From Haliotis cracherodii (lineage: Eukaryota), in assembly GCF_022045235.1 (NCBI RefSeq), contig NW_027266319.1:41044001-41108000 (forward strand): DNA of 64,000 bases, in the 5' to 3' direction. The notes beneath the pieces are model-generated. The model was not told the origin of the DNA. It did no database searches and saw nothing but the letters and a program-made list of their open reading frames with translations. The number at the start of each line of letters is the position of its first letter. The first letter of the stretch is position 1. Both the position numbers and the translations under genes were made by a program. Shown one piece after another: positions 39,307 through 52,658 of this stretch.

Positions 39307-40800
39307 ATGGCCGAACTTGATTTGGAAAACCGTGATCCTAACAACATCAACGACCATCTGAAGGTAATCTTGTTATAAGCATAAGTAAGTTTAAGTGGAA
39401 AATGCTTTCTTGAATATTTTGGAAGAGAATATAGTAAAAGAAAACAGAATCCGCACTAAACTCGCTGCAGTTAACAGATACTGACCAGTGGAACTTCGTC
39501 TGTCACATTCATTTCTTAATTGTTAATTAGGTCCTTTCTTTCAAAAGCAGGTACATTATAGAATAACTGACAATTTTAAATTCGACATATCCTGTATGAA
39601 ATATATTTAACGCTTCTCTTTCCCATTGTATTTTTGGGGTACGCAAACCCCATTCTTTGCTAAGATTGCTTTTATAAATACTTGATTAGAAATAGATCTC
39701 CAGTATCGTGATGGTCGTTGAACATTTTCTGTGCCAAGGCGGGTGGTAGGGAAAGGAAAGGACATGCTCCCCTGTTTGTCAAACACCTCGCGTAATCATT
39801 GCATTATTCAATGATTTGTAAGTGTAGGTGTCTGTGAATGTGTAACTGCAATAATTGTTTAAGGTGCTTCTTGCCCTGTGACAGAGATACTGGTAGGAAT
39901 AGGTCTGAGGCTTGGATGTTTTAACATAGTCTTGCTGCAAAAGATCGGGTTGAAGTGGCTTCCGTGCGTGGGTAGGCATCGATATCCGATAAGTGGCGAT
40001 AAGTTCAAATGTTTGCACCTTACATCCCGTTTGTGGCTCTTTCAATTATAAATCATTTTGAAAAGGTGTCACTATTGATCAGCAATGTGTATTCATACCA
40101 ATAACGTGTAATAATTAAGTGTCTTCCATTATGCATCAGCGAATATAAGCTTGAATGATTCTTTACATAACAATAAAATTTAATAGATAAAATCATGTCA
40201 TTTGCAATAATGGTTTTAACAATGTTTTTGTAAAACGTTGTCTGCTTGATATCATTCAATTGAGGATGTCTTGGCTGAGGCTGAAGGTGGCGACTGGGTC
40301 TTCGTTACAAATAAGTGTGTTTCAAATATCTAAATGTGTTTTCACAGGACATGGGGAAATATGAATACTAATTTGTCTTCAAATACAATGAAAATAAGCA
40401 ATAAACGGTGATATATTTTGCAATACTGTTGACAACTGTTAAAGTGTCAAATGTTTCAACTCAATATCATTAGGTCCAGTTTGAGGATGTCTTGGCGGAG
40501 CCCGAAGGTGCCCACAGCATTGACTGCTGCTGGAAGTGTACCAACACATGCTTCAACTGCGCCTTCAAATGCTGTTACATGTTGATGACCCTTTGTGGAC
40601 CTCTCTACGGCCTCTACTACGGCTGCAGTTACGCCATGCTTGCCTGTGCTCACATTTGGCAGTACACACCACAGATCAAAGCATGTGAGATCAACTGCAT
40701 CATGATGAGGAAAATATACACCATCTGCCTCAACTGCTGCCTGACGCCGTTCTGCGAGTCTTGTGGTGCCTGCTTCAGTAGGATACAAGTCAAACAGTAA
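39307..40800 (+). CDS. CAV: Caveolin, locus 9, 127 aa; exons 39307-39363 and 40474-40800
   Basis: MAELDLENRDPNNINDHLK|GT...ATCATTAG|VQFEDVLAEP...FSRIQVKQ*. Confidence 0.93.
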
Positions 40801-40874
40801 CAGAGAGACAAGCTTGATCTCTCCGGATCTTCTTTTACAAAGTAAATCAACATTGTAGAGTACTCTGGATGAAT

Positions 40875-40990
40875 CTGCGGTGCCGTCTTCAGCAGAATAC
40901 AAGTCAAACAATAAAAAAGACACAATCTGGAAGTATCCTGGCGTTCTTACACAAAGTAAAACCTCAGCGTAAGACTGATCTGGATGACTC
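40875..40990 (+). pseudogene. Orphan 3' end of a caveolin exon 2 plus locus-7-type 3'UTR, embedded in the locus 9 3'UTR
   Basis: tgcggtgccgtcttcagcagaatacaagtcaaacaataa (CGAVFSRIQVKQ*) followed by gacacaatctggaagtatcctggcgttcttacacaaagt, matching the sequence after the locus 7 stop. Confidence 0.85.
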
Positions 40991-42099
40991 AAGCCGACAC
41001 TGGCGCGCTTGTACTATATAAAGCATTAATGTAAATATGATATGGGGGAACCTAATACACATTTTACATGTCGTCCATACGTGAAATGTGTAAAATGCTG
41101 AAATGTTCTGGCGCCTATTACAACCAACATATGTTACATAAAGTAGGAAGACAAATACATCCGCTCAGTTGTCTAACCAAAGAGGGGAAACTTCTTTGTT
41201 ATTTTCGTTTCGGAAATTAATGACTCTGCCATTATATTTCGCCTGTTACAATGAAAAGACACCGCCGCGTACTTATAATTATAAGAATTTGACGTCAACA
41301 GAATGTGTGTTAAATTGAGCAAATTCATATAACCACAATCCTCTGATCAATAAACCGTCCTTCATATGCTTGTTACATTTTTGTGTATTATGAAATTATT
41401 ACTTTCTTTGTGAGGAGACATGACAAAATATTTGGAAGTGACACCATGATACATAACACTTACGCGTCACTGTCCAGTTACTATCTTTTCACTTTATCGA
41501 GAGCATATACAAGTGAAAAGGTTTTTTTGTGATGTCTGTTTGAATCTGATACAAAATTGTTTAAACATGAGATACATGTTCATGTATGGACAAAATTTGT
41601 TTACCGTGAGCCCTGCAAGACAAACACCTTGTTTTTCACTTGTGTACGCACACCACATTATTTTTTCAGATTAACCACAATGTCGGGTGAACGATCGTAT
41701 TTGTATAACATGAGAACAAAATTTTTTCGGATCATATTATTTTTTACGCTTTTCCCTTTTACTGCTGTTAGGTTACTTTGACCGAAACATGTGTGACTGA
41801 ACTGAAATTAACTGAACCTTTAACTGAACAGCGAGCCTGGCCACCCGATCCCGTTAATCGCCTCTTACGACAAGCATAGTCACCTTTTACGGCAGGCATG
41901 GCTTGGTAAGACCGGATCTAACCCGGATCTTCAAGGGGTCACTTCATTACTACTTACAGACCAATACATGACACAATACAATGCTCGTCGACGATAACAC
42001 ATAACACCAAACTGAATGACATCTTCCACAGAGGCTCGTTACATGACTGTCATCACCCAGATCTAGAGAAACGTGCTCACCCCGGCAACCTATATCTCT

Positions 42100-42720
42100 A
42101 TTGACACCTCCACATGGAGAAGGTAACAGGATTTAAAAAAAACCAAACGGTTTACTGACCCCCATGCAGACTAGGTGAGGCCCCAGTGTCGGTACAATAC
42201 ATTCCATTGTGTGTACACCATTAACAGTGAAATGTCCTCTTCACAGATGAGTCCACTTATTGTATAGACTGTACAAAAGACAAGGGCTGTATGTAATCTA
42301 ACTGGACCATTCCCATACATTATACTTCTGGAGGTGGCATGTTTATGGTGTTGGTTGAGATTCGGGTTAGCATTCGAAGCCACTCTTGTAATCCACAGAC
42401 AGGTGCGATGACTGGTGTATGTTACCAGAAGGAGCTCAATACACATGCTATTTTCTCCTCCAGAAACAAAGGTGGTCAAAACACAAGGACCAAGATTAAT
42501 AACTAAATCAGTCCGTGACACCAACACTGGATTAGCGCATCCTGACACAGAAAAGAAGTGTGGCGCCTTAATTCACTGGACCAAATGTGTCCCCACGTGT
42601 ATTGGAGTCAAGCATTACGATTCCAAAACTCAGCAGGTCCATCCATGTTCTTCAGAATGTGGCGGGAAATAGTGGTGGTAGGTAATACACAATAGGCGAG
42701 CCCTTAGCACATGAAATATA
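42100..42720 (+). mobile_element. Highly decayed Tc1 remnant
   Basis: NVLFTDES and SGGGMFMV motifs with stops and frameshifts. Confidence 0.5.
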
Positions 42721-43388
42721 CTGTTCGTAAAACAGTTACGCTAGAGGATATTCATAGGCATCAAGTCTCTGAAATTGATCTTTCCATCAACTAATATTCT
42801 GTATAAATATATACACACTATGAGACTAAGGGTAACATATAAGGGAACAGCTATTATTGGACTCCGGTGTATTTAGTTTTGCAGCCACCTAGCTGATACA
42901 AGGAGAATATCGGCAATGTCATAATTATAAACACTTCATATACGGGGGTAGATCGACATGAACGCAAACTGAATGCCTAAATTTGAAAGGTTATGCAACA
43001 CAATGGCTCACACACGAGTCGTCAGAAAACATGCAGATCAATGCAAAGTGCGAGTACAAATATAAAGGAGGCTCCAAATACCCACCTTCTTACTATAGGC
43101 ACAGTTGTAAAGATTCCAATGTCTGTAAAGGTGGGTAAAGACGAGAAGTCTTTTGACACTGCAAAGAACCACGTGACTAACTTGAACCAACAGAAGACGG
43201 ACGTCATTCTTAAAGAATAATTACCAAGTATGACCATGTTCTTATGTAGGCAATCCCGTAGTTACGTAAACATACATATATATAAGTGTTGTAACACCCC
43301 CTGCACACCCGTGTGGCTGGAACTGTACCAGGAAAGTAGTAGAATCCGTTACTGCAATTCACTGTTTCAAAAAGCGTACTTTTGAAAA

Positions 43389-44666
43389 ATGGCCGAACTT
43401 GATCTGGAAAACCGAGATCCAAACAACATCAATGACCACTTAAAGGTAATCTTATATATTTCCATACATTCATGCTAGTGTATTTAAATGAATCAGGGTT
43501 TCTCTGTTATCAGTAGAGAAAGGAATATGAAGTCGATGGAAAACAAACCGTACATTTGACATTAATGGACTGATGTTTGTCAAGGAATACTCTGCATCGG
43601 ATCTTTATACCCCAAATATAATCTTCAATGAATGAATCTGTTAAAGCATTTATTTCTATCAAACAGATAGATGTGTGTCCGAGTGACTCTATTTGTATTG
43701 TGTATGCGGTTTATGGAATAATGTTGTCATCTTTTCCCTTCCCAAAGTTATGATAATATTTACGAAGTAAGTTTAATCCATGTAATATGTGCTTGATGAT
43801 TTCCTAAATTACAAATGCATAAGCATCAATACTGGTCTCACTTGAATAACTGTGTGGGTTTTAATTACGTTTTCTGTTACTTGATTGGGCAAAACTTCTA
43901 GTGAATTCTTTTCCCACTAGCGACCAGTCGTATGCTAAGAGGAAAGGGCACGTTCAGTCGTGTGTCATTCACCTTGTGTGATCATGATCGTTATGGCTTA
44001 GTTGAAGGTTGTGTGACTTTCATTTTGTAGAATGGTGTCTCTTCGTGTGACGGTACTAGGGTAGGAATAAGAAGTTGATGATATAATTTACACCTATATG
44101 AAGATCCTTTTCAGTGGGATTGGTAGCCCATGGGTTAAAGTGGTCGCTCGCCATGTTCAAAGTGTGTCTCTTTCCATTACAAAACATTTCGCAAACGTGC
44201 CATTATTGATGTTCAATGGGTGTTCGTTACAAATACGTGTTTTTGAAATATCTTAATGCGTAAGTAATAAACGGTAATATATTTTGCAATACTGTTGACA
44301 ACTGTTAAAGTGTCAAATGTTTCAACTTAATATCATTAGGTCCAGTTTGAGGATGTCTTGGCGGAGCCCGAAGGTGCCCACAGCATTGACTGCTGTTGGA
44401 AGTGTACCAACACTTGCTTCAACTGTGCCTTCAAATGCTGCTACATGTTGATGACCCTTTGTGGACCTCTCTACGGCCTCTACTACGGTTGGAGTTACGC
44501 CATGCTTGCCTGTGCTCACATTTGGGAGTACACACCACAGATCAAAGCATGTGAGATCAACTGCATCATGATGAGGAAAGTGTACACCATCTGCCTCAAC
44601 TGCTGCCTGACGCCGTTCTGCGAGTCTTGTGGTGCCTTCTTCAGTAGGATACAAGTCAAACAGTAA
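43389..44666 (+). CDS. CAV: Caveolin, locus 10, 127 aa; exons 43389-43445 and 44340-44666
   Basis: MAELDLENRDPNNINDHLK|GT...ATCATTAG|VQFEDVLAEP...; acceptor region and first ~75 nt of 3'UTR shared with locus 9. Confidence 0.93.
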
Positions 44667-45149
44667 CAGAGAGACAAGCTTGATCTCTCCGGATCTTCTT
44701 TTACAAAGTAAATCAACATTGTAGAGTACTCTGAATGAATCTGAAACTTCATTTCAAAATTAACACATTGTCTTTTCTCGAGATGTATCGGATATAAAGT
44801 ACCAAGTGCGAATATGTTTAATGTTAGGCACAGTGTTAAGTGAAATCTCCATATGCAACGCTCGAATTCCAACCGGCCAGTCATCTAAACATTTCTATAT
44901 TAGTATTTCTGTCGCATTTTCTCCATGGAGATTAAGGATCCTGTGTTTGTTTCGCCCCTCGAAGAAGGAAGGAACACACGTAATGTGCTTTCATTTCTTC
45001 GTTTTTGTGCAGGAGTTTGAGCTCAATGTACTATATGTACTAGGGAAAAACAGAATCATCACTTTATTGTGCTTCAATAAATAATCTATTACACACATCT
45101 TCGTTTGTTAAAACATGTTTCTTAACGTCTCCTACCCCCAAATATATAC

Positions 45150-45855
45150 TTCCTAGAATGTAGATATCGTTGAGGTGTACGTTTACAATACCGTGGTGTT
45201 GGATCTGAACGCAACATCTGTTCACGATGCAATTTCACATCATGCATGAAAAGCACGTGATAAACTTATAGCTGAGGTGAAATGGGGTTTAATATCGCGC
45301 CCAAGATGATTGCACTTTTATAGCCACTTTAAGCACGTGTTTGTGTGTTAGTGTGTTAGTGTTAGTGTTAGTGTTAGTGTTAGTGTGTTAGTGTGTATGT
45401 GTTAGTGTGCATGTGATACTGATTCAATTATTGTGAATGGATATTTGACTGGTCAGCGATATGTTGACGAAAGTTTGCGTCCTGTCGTTGTTCCCCTCGC
45501 TAGAATTATCGGTTGAAATTTTGAACGGTATGATGACTATACGTGACCACATCTTATCCAGATTGTCACCGATTATCTCCGACGAGAAGGAATACGAACA
45601 TCTGCAGGATGTTCTCGGACAGAGAATGTACGCTAGAGACCCAGGACCCGCCAATGTGGCCAGGCTAGGGTAGGTCTTCACGAGGAATGGCGGGCAATAC
45701 CAAGGGCAACCATATGCAAGTTAACCAACAGTATGCCATCAAGGTGTCGTGCATGTATCGCCCGACATGATTGACACATCAAGATATTGATTTAGATATT
45801 TATCGTCATTACATCTTCACTATCATTTCATCAGTTCTCTTCTTTTATGTCGGTA
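45150..45855 (+). mobile_element. Tc1 family 2 fragment between loci 10 and 11
   Basis: Shares atttcacatcatgcatg, gccatcaaggtgtcgtgcatgtatc and catcttcactatcatttcatcagtt with the copies in the locus 5 and 6 introns. Confidence 0.75.
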
Positions 45856-45939
45856 GTTTTTGTTATTGTTTTGGTACTTGAACAGGTAGTTTCTACAATA
45901 TTTCCATTTCTTACAAGATATGCAAGATATGAGATCACG

Positions 45940-45979
45940 CACTCAAACACACACAACTCATATATAAGCACACAGACAC

Positions 45980-46056
<77 letters not shown>

Positions 46057-46225
46057 CACAAACACAAACACCCCCGGACACAAACACACAAACATTCACA
46101 AACATACACACATAAACACGCAAACATACAGACAGACACACACACGCACACATACTAAAACACAGACACACATACATACACACAGAAACACACACACACA
46201 GACACACATACACATACCACAGGTA
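45940..46225. repeat. (CA)n microsatellite complex
   Basis: Perfect and degenerate CA runs. Confidence 0.95.
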
Positions 46226-46479
46226 CAATGGAAAACGACATTTGATGCAAGAGGAGTGAACTACATTAGATGTAATTTATTCATTTGAATAAATAAATGA
46301 TGCATTTTTCATGTATCTTTAACCCATATTTTTGTACGAATATTGAATATAACTCAAATATTGTGTATATTTTGAACGATATAGAATGAGGATGGGGATT
46401 TTCTAAAAAGCGAATAGTACCTTCTGTTCTGAAATAGAAATGTTGACTGAACTGAAAATATATGTATGTGTTGAAATGC

Positions 46480-46660
46480 TCACACACATACACACAACCA
46501 CACGCACGCACGCACGGACGTACGCACGCACACACACGACCCCATACACTCACACCACCCACACACATTCACACCCACACCCACACTCACACCAAAACAA
46601 CAACAACAACACCAAAAACAACAACAACAACAGCAAAAACAACAACAACAGCAGCAATAA
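46480..46660. repeat. (CA)n/(CACG)n/(CAA)n microsatellite complex
   Basis: Direct inspection. Confidence 0.9.
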
Positions 46661-47308
46661 AGCAAATTCAAAGCACATCCCCGAATATTAAATGAGCGGC
46701 CTTAGAACCCTAACAGTCTTTTGTTCAAGTCGCATAACTCTGAGGTCTTTATGGTCTTATGTTTCTTAAGAATGTTATACCTTGGGGTTTCTTTTCAAAT
46801 CTAGTAACCCAAATTCAATGTCACAGTATTTTTTAAATTAGTTCTCAGCTTTTAAGCAGGCCCAAATTACAAAAGATGTAAACAAATTCAAACACCTTGA
46901 ACAGGTTGGTGAATGGCTCGACAGCAGCGAGTGCAAACTGTCACTTTGTTATCTTCAGACATTATTTGTTGAATATGTTACTGTATGAGTACCCCTGTAG
47001 CGTAACGTCCCATGCTTGTTTTAGCTAATGCTATACAGTTTTAGCTGAGCTGGGTGGTAGATAGGCCTGTGCCTTACAAAGTCTCACTGACAGAAATTGT
47101 AAGAACTATTCGGAAAAGCACAAAAGAATCTATCAGATTTATTGAAAAGTCCATGCTGGGATCTTCAATGAAATAACAATTCCCATAGTAAAGTGAATGG
47201 TTATTAATAGTATCTACAAACTGTGCTCCGTCGTCACTATGGGCACATACATAAAGATTTCAATGCGTTCTGCTGTAAGGATCTCATGACGTTTTCACTG
47301 CAGTGAAC

Positions 47309-47330
47309 CACGTGTCACCTTTGGACCAAT
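47309..47330 (+). promoter_or_regulatory. E-box-N11-CCAAT module, locus 11
   Basis: CACGTG-tcacctttgga-CCAAT. Confidence 0.7.
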
Positions 47331-47489
47331 GTCAGAGAGCCTTATTTACTGAATCTGAAGTTAGGGCAGTGTAAGGCCTTGTTACTATGTAAACATATAC
47401 ATAATGGACGTCATGACAGACTTTGCGACACTCTGCTTCCAACAGCATTGGCAAAAAGATCTGCTGCCCCAAAGCCTTCCGCAGTCAAA

Positions 47490-48943
47490 ATGGCTGAAAT
47501 TGATTTGGAGAACCGTGATCCTAACAACATCAACGACCATTTGAAGGTAAACTTTTGGGCATAAAGTTATAAAAGCGCGATTTAAAGTTTCTATTAGTTA
47601 TTGGTTTTTATCCCCCGCCAAACAAAGTTGGCGGGGGATATAGAAACGGGCTCCGTCCGTCCATCCGTCACGTTTCGTTTCCGGAGCATAACTCAGAAAC
47701 CTTTCAATAGTTTTTCATCAAACGTTGCAGGTCTGTCATGTACATGCTGAACTGGCGCCTTTGCTATTTAGAAATTTTTGAAATTTTTATTTTTTACGTT
47801 TCCATGGCAACAAGATGGACTTTGGTTCTGTAAGGTAAGGGTTCGTTTCCGGAGCATAACTCATAAACCGTTCAATATTTTTTCATTTTTCATCAAACTT
47901 TACAGGTTTGTCAGGTACATGCCGAACTGGTGCCTTTTGCTATTTAGAAGTTTTAGAATTTATTATTTTTTTACGTTTCCATGGCAACAAGATGGACTTA
48001 GGTTCCAAACTCTTTTTTTTTTTTTTCAATTTCCATGACTAGTTCCACCTCGGTTAAAAAAGGTTAGGGTTTCTTTAGATACATCTATCTCATAAATTCT
48101 GCAACAGGGGCGGATGAAAATAGTGTGTGAATAAGTGAGTTATATCAGTCTTATGGTGTAAGGTGTAAGTGATGCAGAATTTGTACCCATGAGAACGGGT
48201 TTGGTGCTGTCAAGCCACGATCATAGGATTCTGGCACATCAAAGGGACACAACCCACTCAGCGAATGCCGCGCTACCCGCTATCCGTGCCCGATAAAGGA
48301 AAAAAATCCATAGATTTGTAAGATATTCAAATTTACAAATTAAACACGTACTCATAGCTTTAGCCTCAGCATACTTTATCACGGACTTTGTTTTTGCGCG
48401 TTAGGTTATCGTTTTCATACACAAAACATGTTTAAGTACGTTTGTACCTGATTAGGGGATATTCAAATTTATTGGTTACAATAAACGTGCCAATCATGTG
48501 CACTATACCTTTTGAAATAGTGTCGATATTATATTGTCATTAACCTAGGCATGAGTGAAGTATGAGGTGTGAATCAAATGTGTCCTACCTAATGTTCTAC
48601 TATCGCAATCCTACAGGTCCAGTTCGAGGATGTGTTGGCGGAGCCCGAAGGTGCCCACAGCATTGACTGCTGCTGGAAGTGTACCAACACTTGCTTCAAC
48701 TGCGCCTTCAAATGCTGCTACATGTTGATGACCCTGTGTGGACCTCTCTACGGCCTCTACTACGGTTGGAGTTACGCCATGCTTGCCTGTGCTCACGTGT
48801 GGCAGTACACACCACAGATCAGAGCTTGTGAGATCAACTGCATCATGATGAGGAAAGTGTACACCATCTGCCTCAACTGCTGCCTGACGCCATGCTGCGA
48901 GTCCTGTGGCGCTATCTTTAGTAGGATACAAGTTAAGAAGTAA
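47490..48943 (+). CDS. CAV: Caveolin, locus 11, 127 aa; exons 47490-47546 and 48617-48943
   Basis: MAEIDLENRDPNNINDHLK|GT...CCTACAG|VQFEDVLAEP...FSRIQVKK*; AATAAA at 49308. Confidence 0.95.
47605..48035 (+). mobile_element. Helentron-associated (HINE/pearl-type) element in the locus 11 intron
   Basis: T-rich flank; hairpin tatcccccgccaa-acaaag-ttggcgggggata (47609-47640); (CCGT)n microsatellite; two 168-bp core repeats starting at 47674 and 47842. Confidence 0.75.
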
Positions 48944-49619
48944 TGCAAGAATGAGCGGGACCGTTCTGACAGAAATTGCGTTAGCTGGACTTCCCGACCC
49001 GAACATCACACGTTTCTGACATCAGCAGTTAACATCAGCACACCGATGGTGTCTCCCATGACGTAGTCCACAATGTGATATATGTAGTTACTGGACGAGG
49101 CCTGGTCAGTTGTCTTATCACTTTTCTACTTGGGCTATTTTCTTACTTTCGGCTTGGGCACTAAGGACTGTTAAGGACTTTCGCATGTCGAGGTTCACAT
49201 GCTCCCTTTGTTCTTTGTGTACAAGGAACTTGATTTCGACATAATTCCGCTACTAGGGCAACGACATCGTGAACTGTACATATCTATATTCTTTGCACTT
49301 CTGTGATAATAAACTTGTCTGTTATATACCCATTTGTTTGTTATAATTTGAAGGTGAGGTGAGGGAAATGGGATTTAACGTCGCGTTCNNNNNNNNNNNN
49401 NNNNNNNNNNNNNNNNNNNNNNNNNNNNNNNNNNNNNNNNNNNNNNNNNNNNNNNNNNNNNNNNNNNNNNNNNNNNNNNNNNNNNNNNNNNNNNNNNNNN
49501 NNNNNNNNNNNNNNNNNNNNNNTATAAGTCAGCATATGATCATCAGATAATCGTTTCAACGTGAGTGTAAGTTAAGTTCATATGTTAGAATTCGGAGCAA
49601 CGCTTTTCTACAACTATAA

Positions 49620-49930
49620 CGTAGCGTTGAAGACATATATAGCTTAAATAGCGAGATGTATGCACGTGCGTCTATGTCTGCTTGTACGAGTCCGGACTAT
49701 TGTCGGTTTTTATAGTGCTAGCACACTGAGATACCATGCCGCAGTTTAACATGAATACCCTACTCATGAACAGTGTACCTACTCCGAGCCGACCAGCCCT
49801 TGCTTTAACCTCTTAATGTCGAGCACCAGGCAAGGTAACAACAAGTACCATCTTTTTACGTCTTTTGGTTTGACGCGCCCGGGAATCGAACCCCGACCTT
49901 CCGCTCTCCGGGCAGACGCTCTTACACCAG
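49620..49930 (-). mobile_element. tRNA-derived SINE, family C (Meta-domain-like)
   Basis: Reverse complement of 56995-57320; B-box gttcgattccc; ggtacttgttgttaccttgcctgg. Confidence 0.7.
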
Positions 49931-50079
49931 GGAGTCGGTATCTCGCGGCTTGGAAATCATGATGATGATGATGTTTGATACAGATCAATGGCAGAAACAG
50001 TTGATACTTATAACAATAAAATTATGCAATATGAGGAAGGGTAGGTCATATTTGGGGTGAAAGTATAAAATAATAATAA

Positions 50080-50480
50080 TAATAAGTGCATTTATAATGC
50101 GCCAGATTCCATTCACAAAGTGGATGCTCATAGCGCTACACTATTATTACCCCGGTCAATGGATCAGTGAGCACTCGATTTTCATTCTCAGCTCCCTGGG
50201 GAATATACAACCGAAGCTGCCTGTGGGCGCTAGAAGGTTAACAGCCACATCACCCTCACATCCTACCGGGTACCCACTCACTGATGGGTGAACAGAGGCA
50301 CATTTCGAACAAAGTTAATAGCCTAAGGAGACACCACATGTGGTACGTGTGCTTCAGTGTGGGGCAGGACGTCCTGGAAACTCTCAGGAGTCAAGCTCAA
50401 CGTGGTCACCAATCCAACTACTGTCCGAGACCGACGTTGCATAACTTCACCTGATTAGTGCTCTGTGCGCTGTGCACTCA
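50080..50480 (-). mobile_element. SINE/LINE-tail fragment with (TTA)n end
   Basis: (AAT)n terminus; ctcagctccctgggga and ccgggtacccactc...tgggtgaacagaggca; weak similarity to 1590-1720. Confidence 0.4.
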
Positions 50481-50907
50481 TTTAATCACACCAATAGGCA
50501 AACAAAACAATATGACCACACAAGATAAGAAAGGTTGTAAATGGTATCACAGGGGATGATCTTTGATGAGTGTTGGGGCATGAGTAGCCCTGTGATGCAA
50601 GGCGCTGCAGATTGCCTTGTAAGTTGTTTCCCTTGTGCGTGTCAGAACCCTGTTTTTCTTACTCGAATCCAGATTCTCCCTGATTATAATTACAGATTTG
50701 TCAGCATTGTGTATTTTGTTGTTGGTGCGTTCGAATTCCCGATACTGATCGTTGGCATCTCAGCACCATATCCATGTTCGTAGGCCTCTTTGGACCGTTC
50801 TCTAAAAATATGCTGGTACCCAATACTATAATTACAAAACCAGTTCAAATATACATTTAACACTCAATCACCCACCCAAACCTACCCAAGCACTTACTCA
50901 CACACTC

Positions 50908-51197
50908 CGTACATGCCCCCAACGAGTACCGTATTCATCCGTACATGCCCCCAACGGATACCGTATTTATCTGTCCAGGACCCCAAGGGATACCGCATTT
51001 ATCCGTACATGTCCCAAATGGATACCGCATTTATCCGTATATGACCCAAAGGGATACCGTATTTATCCGTACATGCCCCTAACGGATACCATATTTATCT
51101 GTACATGCCCCAAATGTATACTGCATTTATCCGTATATGACCCCAAAGGGATACCGTATTTATCCGTACACGCCCCCTACGGATACCGTATTTATCC
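50908..51197. repeat. ~31-bp tandem repeat, left half
   Basis: Unit ggataccg(t/c)atttatccgta(c/t)atg(c/a)cccaa(c/ag). Confidence 0.9.
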
Positions 51198-52658
51198 TTA
51201 TTACCCACGTGGTGAAGATACAGGTGGTAAGATACTAAATCCGTACGTCACACGTGTGTCGTACAAGGTTGACCTTGTTTTATTCGTTTTGATTGGATAA
51301 CCGTGACCTCTGTCACACCGGGACTACTTTTTTCATTCATAAAAAATCGCGAGACGTCATTCATTTTGCGATTACAAGGCAGAACTGAAGAAATTCATGA
51401 GAACGAGAGATATTTACAAACACTTTATTAAACCAAACAAGATAGTCACACGCATAAAATTCGGTTTGCATTCAATATAAGTTATGCATAGAGCTCCTAC
51501 AGACGTATAATCGAGCTAGATCTATAAATCGATTTACAATGTACGACTGCCGATCGAGCGCGTCCCTTGAGCGTGACGCACCCGACCATTTTCGCAACTT
51601 TCAATTTGATTTAACGTAAAAGGATAAGCGTGGTGAAATGAAGTCTGTTTAAACTATCTGGACAGATATCTAGACTTACTTGGGATGATCCGGTTGTGCC
51701 ATCGGTGTCCCCTTTGAAGCGTATTTTGTGGCGCTGTTTCGGTAGGTGTTGTTCATGAATGAACGAACACGACAGCACAACCAGATCACTTAAAGTTCAC
51801 AGTTCCGATAAAAATCATTCGAAAACTCCGTGGAAGTGTGCCTGACTTCTGATTTTGTGGCCCCAAACATCCCAAATGTGAACAGTAACATTCCCTATCT
51901 CTAGCGTAAAACGCTGTGAGTGGATCGCGGTTGTCTTTTCTTATTCCGGTGGCGACCTTGCCCTTCGAAGCTGTCACTACCATGCAAGCAGACTTGAGTT
52001 TGTTGATTTTCACGTCTTCAGTAAAGGGTGGTACAGTTAACATGAATGTCTTTGGCGAACAGTCTGATTTCCCTCTTCCAAAATGGTACGAACATGATAT
52101 AAATTCACCTGATAGATCAAGGAAACCGAACCATTTTGATTGCACAGACAGGACCCCGGCAGTGTGACCGACTGTTGGTCCGATATTCAAAGCGCGGCGC
52201 TAATGTGACATTTCAAATTTTCTTATCGGTGTACTGCGTACTTACAACATGGCGCTTGAATTACCATAAGTTGAAGACTTTCTTCCAAAAGGATCTTGAG
52301 TGTCGGTGCTGGTTTGTTTGCAAACAGAACAGCAGGCGCTTGTTGTCAATGCGTATGCATAAACATGTCAACAATGCCCATATTTGGTCATATATCAATA
52401 TTCATGCGCAACCAAATTTTGCAACCGGTTTCAGTTTGGTCTGTCAACGAACGAAAGTTGTTATGTATTTACACTTAAATATATATTTAACGTGGGTAAT
52501 AAATAAAATACCACACTCATTCTCGTTAGATACCACTTTTACGAAACTCGTGAACTTTCTATGGTATCTGACCTCGCTTTCGCTCGGTCAGATACCATAG
52601 AAAGTCCACTCGTTTCGTAAAAATGGTATCTAACGAGAATGAGTGTAGTATTCTCTAT
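51198..52658 (-). mobile_element. Crypton-like non-autonomous element with a long terminal hairpin
   Basis: 13-bp inverted repeats ttattacccacgt (51198) and acgtgggtaataa (52490); 146-bp palindrome 52507-52652 with TC/TC internal loops; no TSD. Confidence 0.6.

Noticed and set aside
45831-46695. Poly-CV, HT, T and C ORFs
   Set aside because: Translations of CA and CAA microsatellites.
51786-52600. ORFs inside the Crypton-like insert as a recombinase
   Set aside because: No recognisable R-H-R-Y catalytic motifs; an HHpred or tBLASTx search would be needed.
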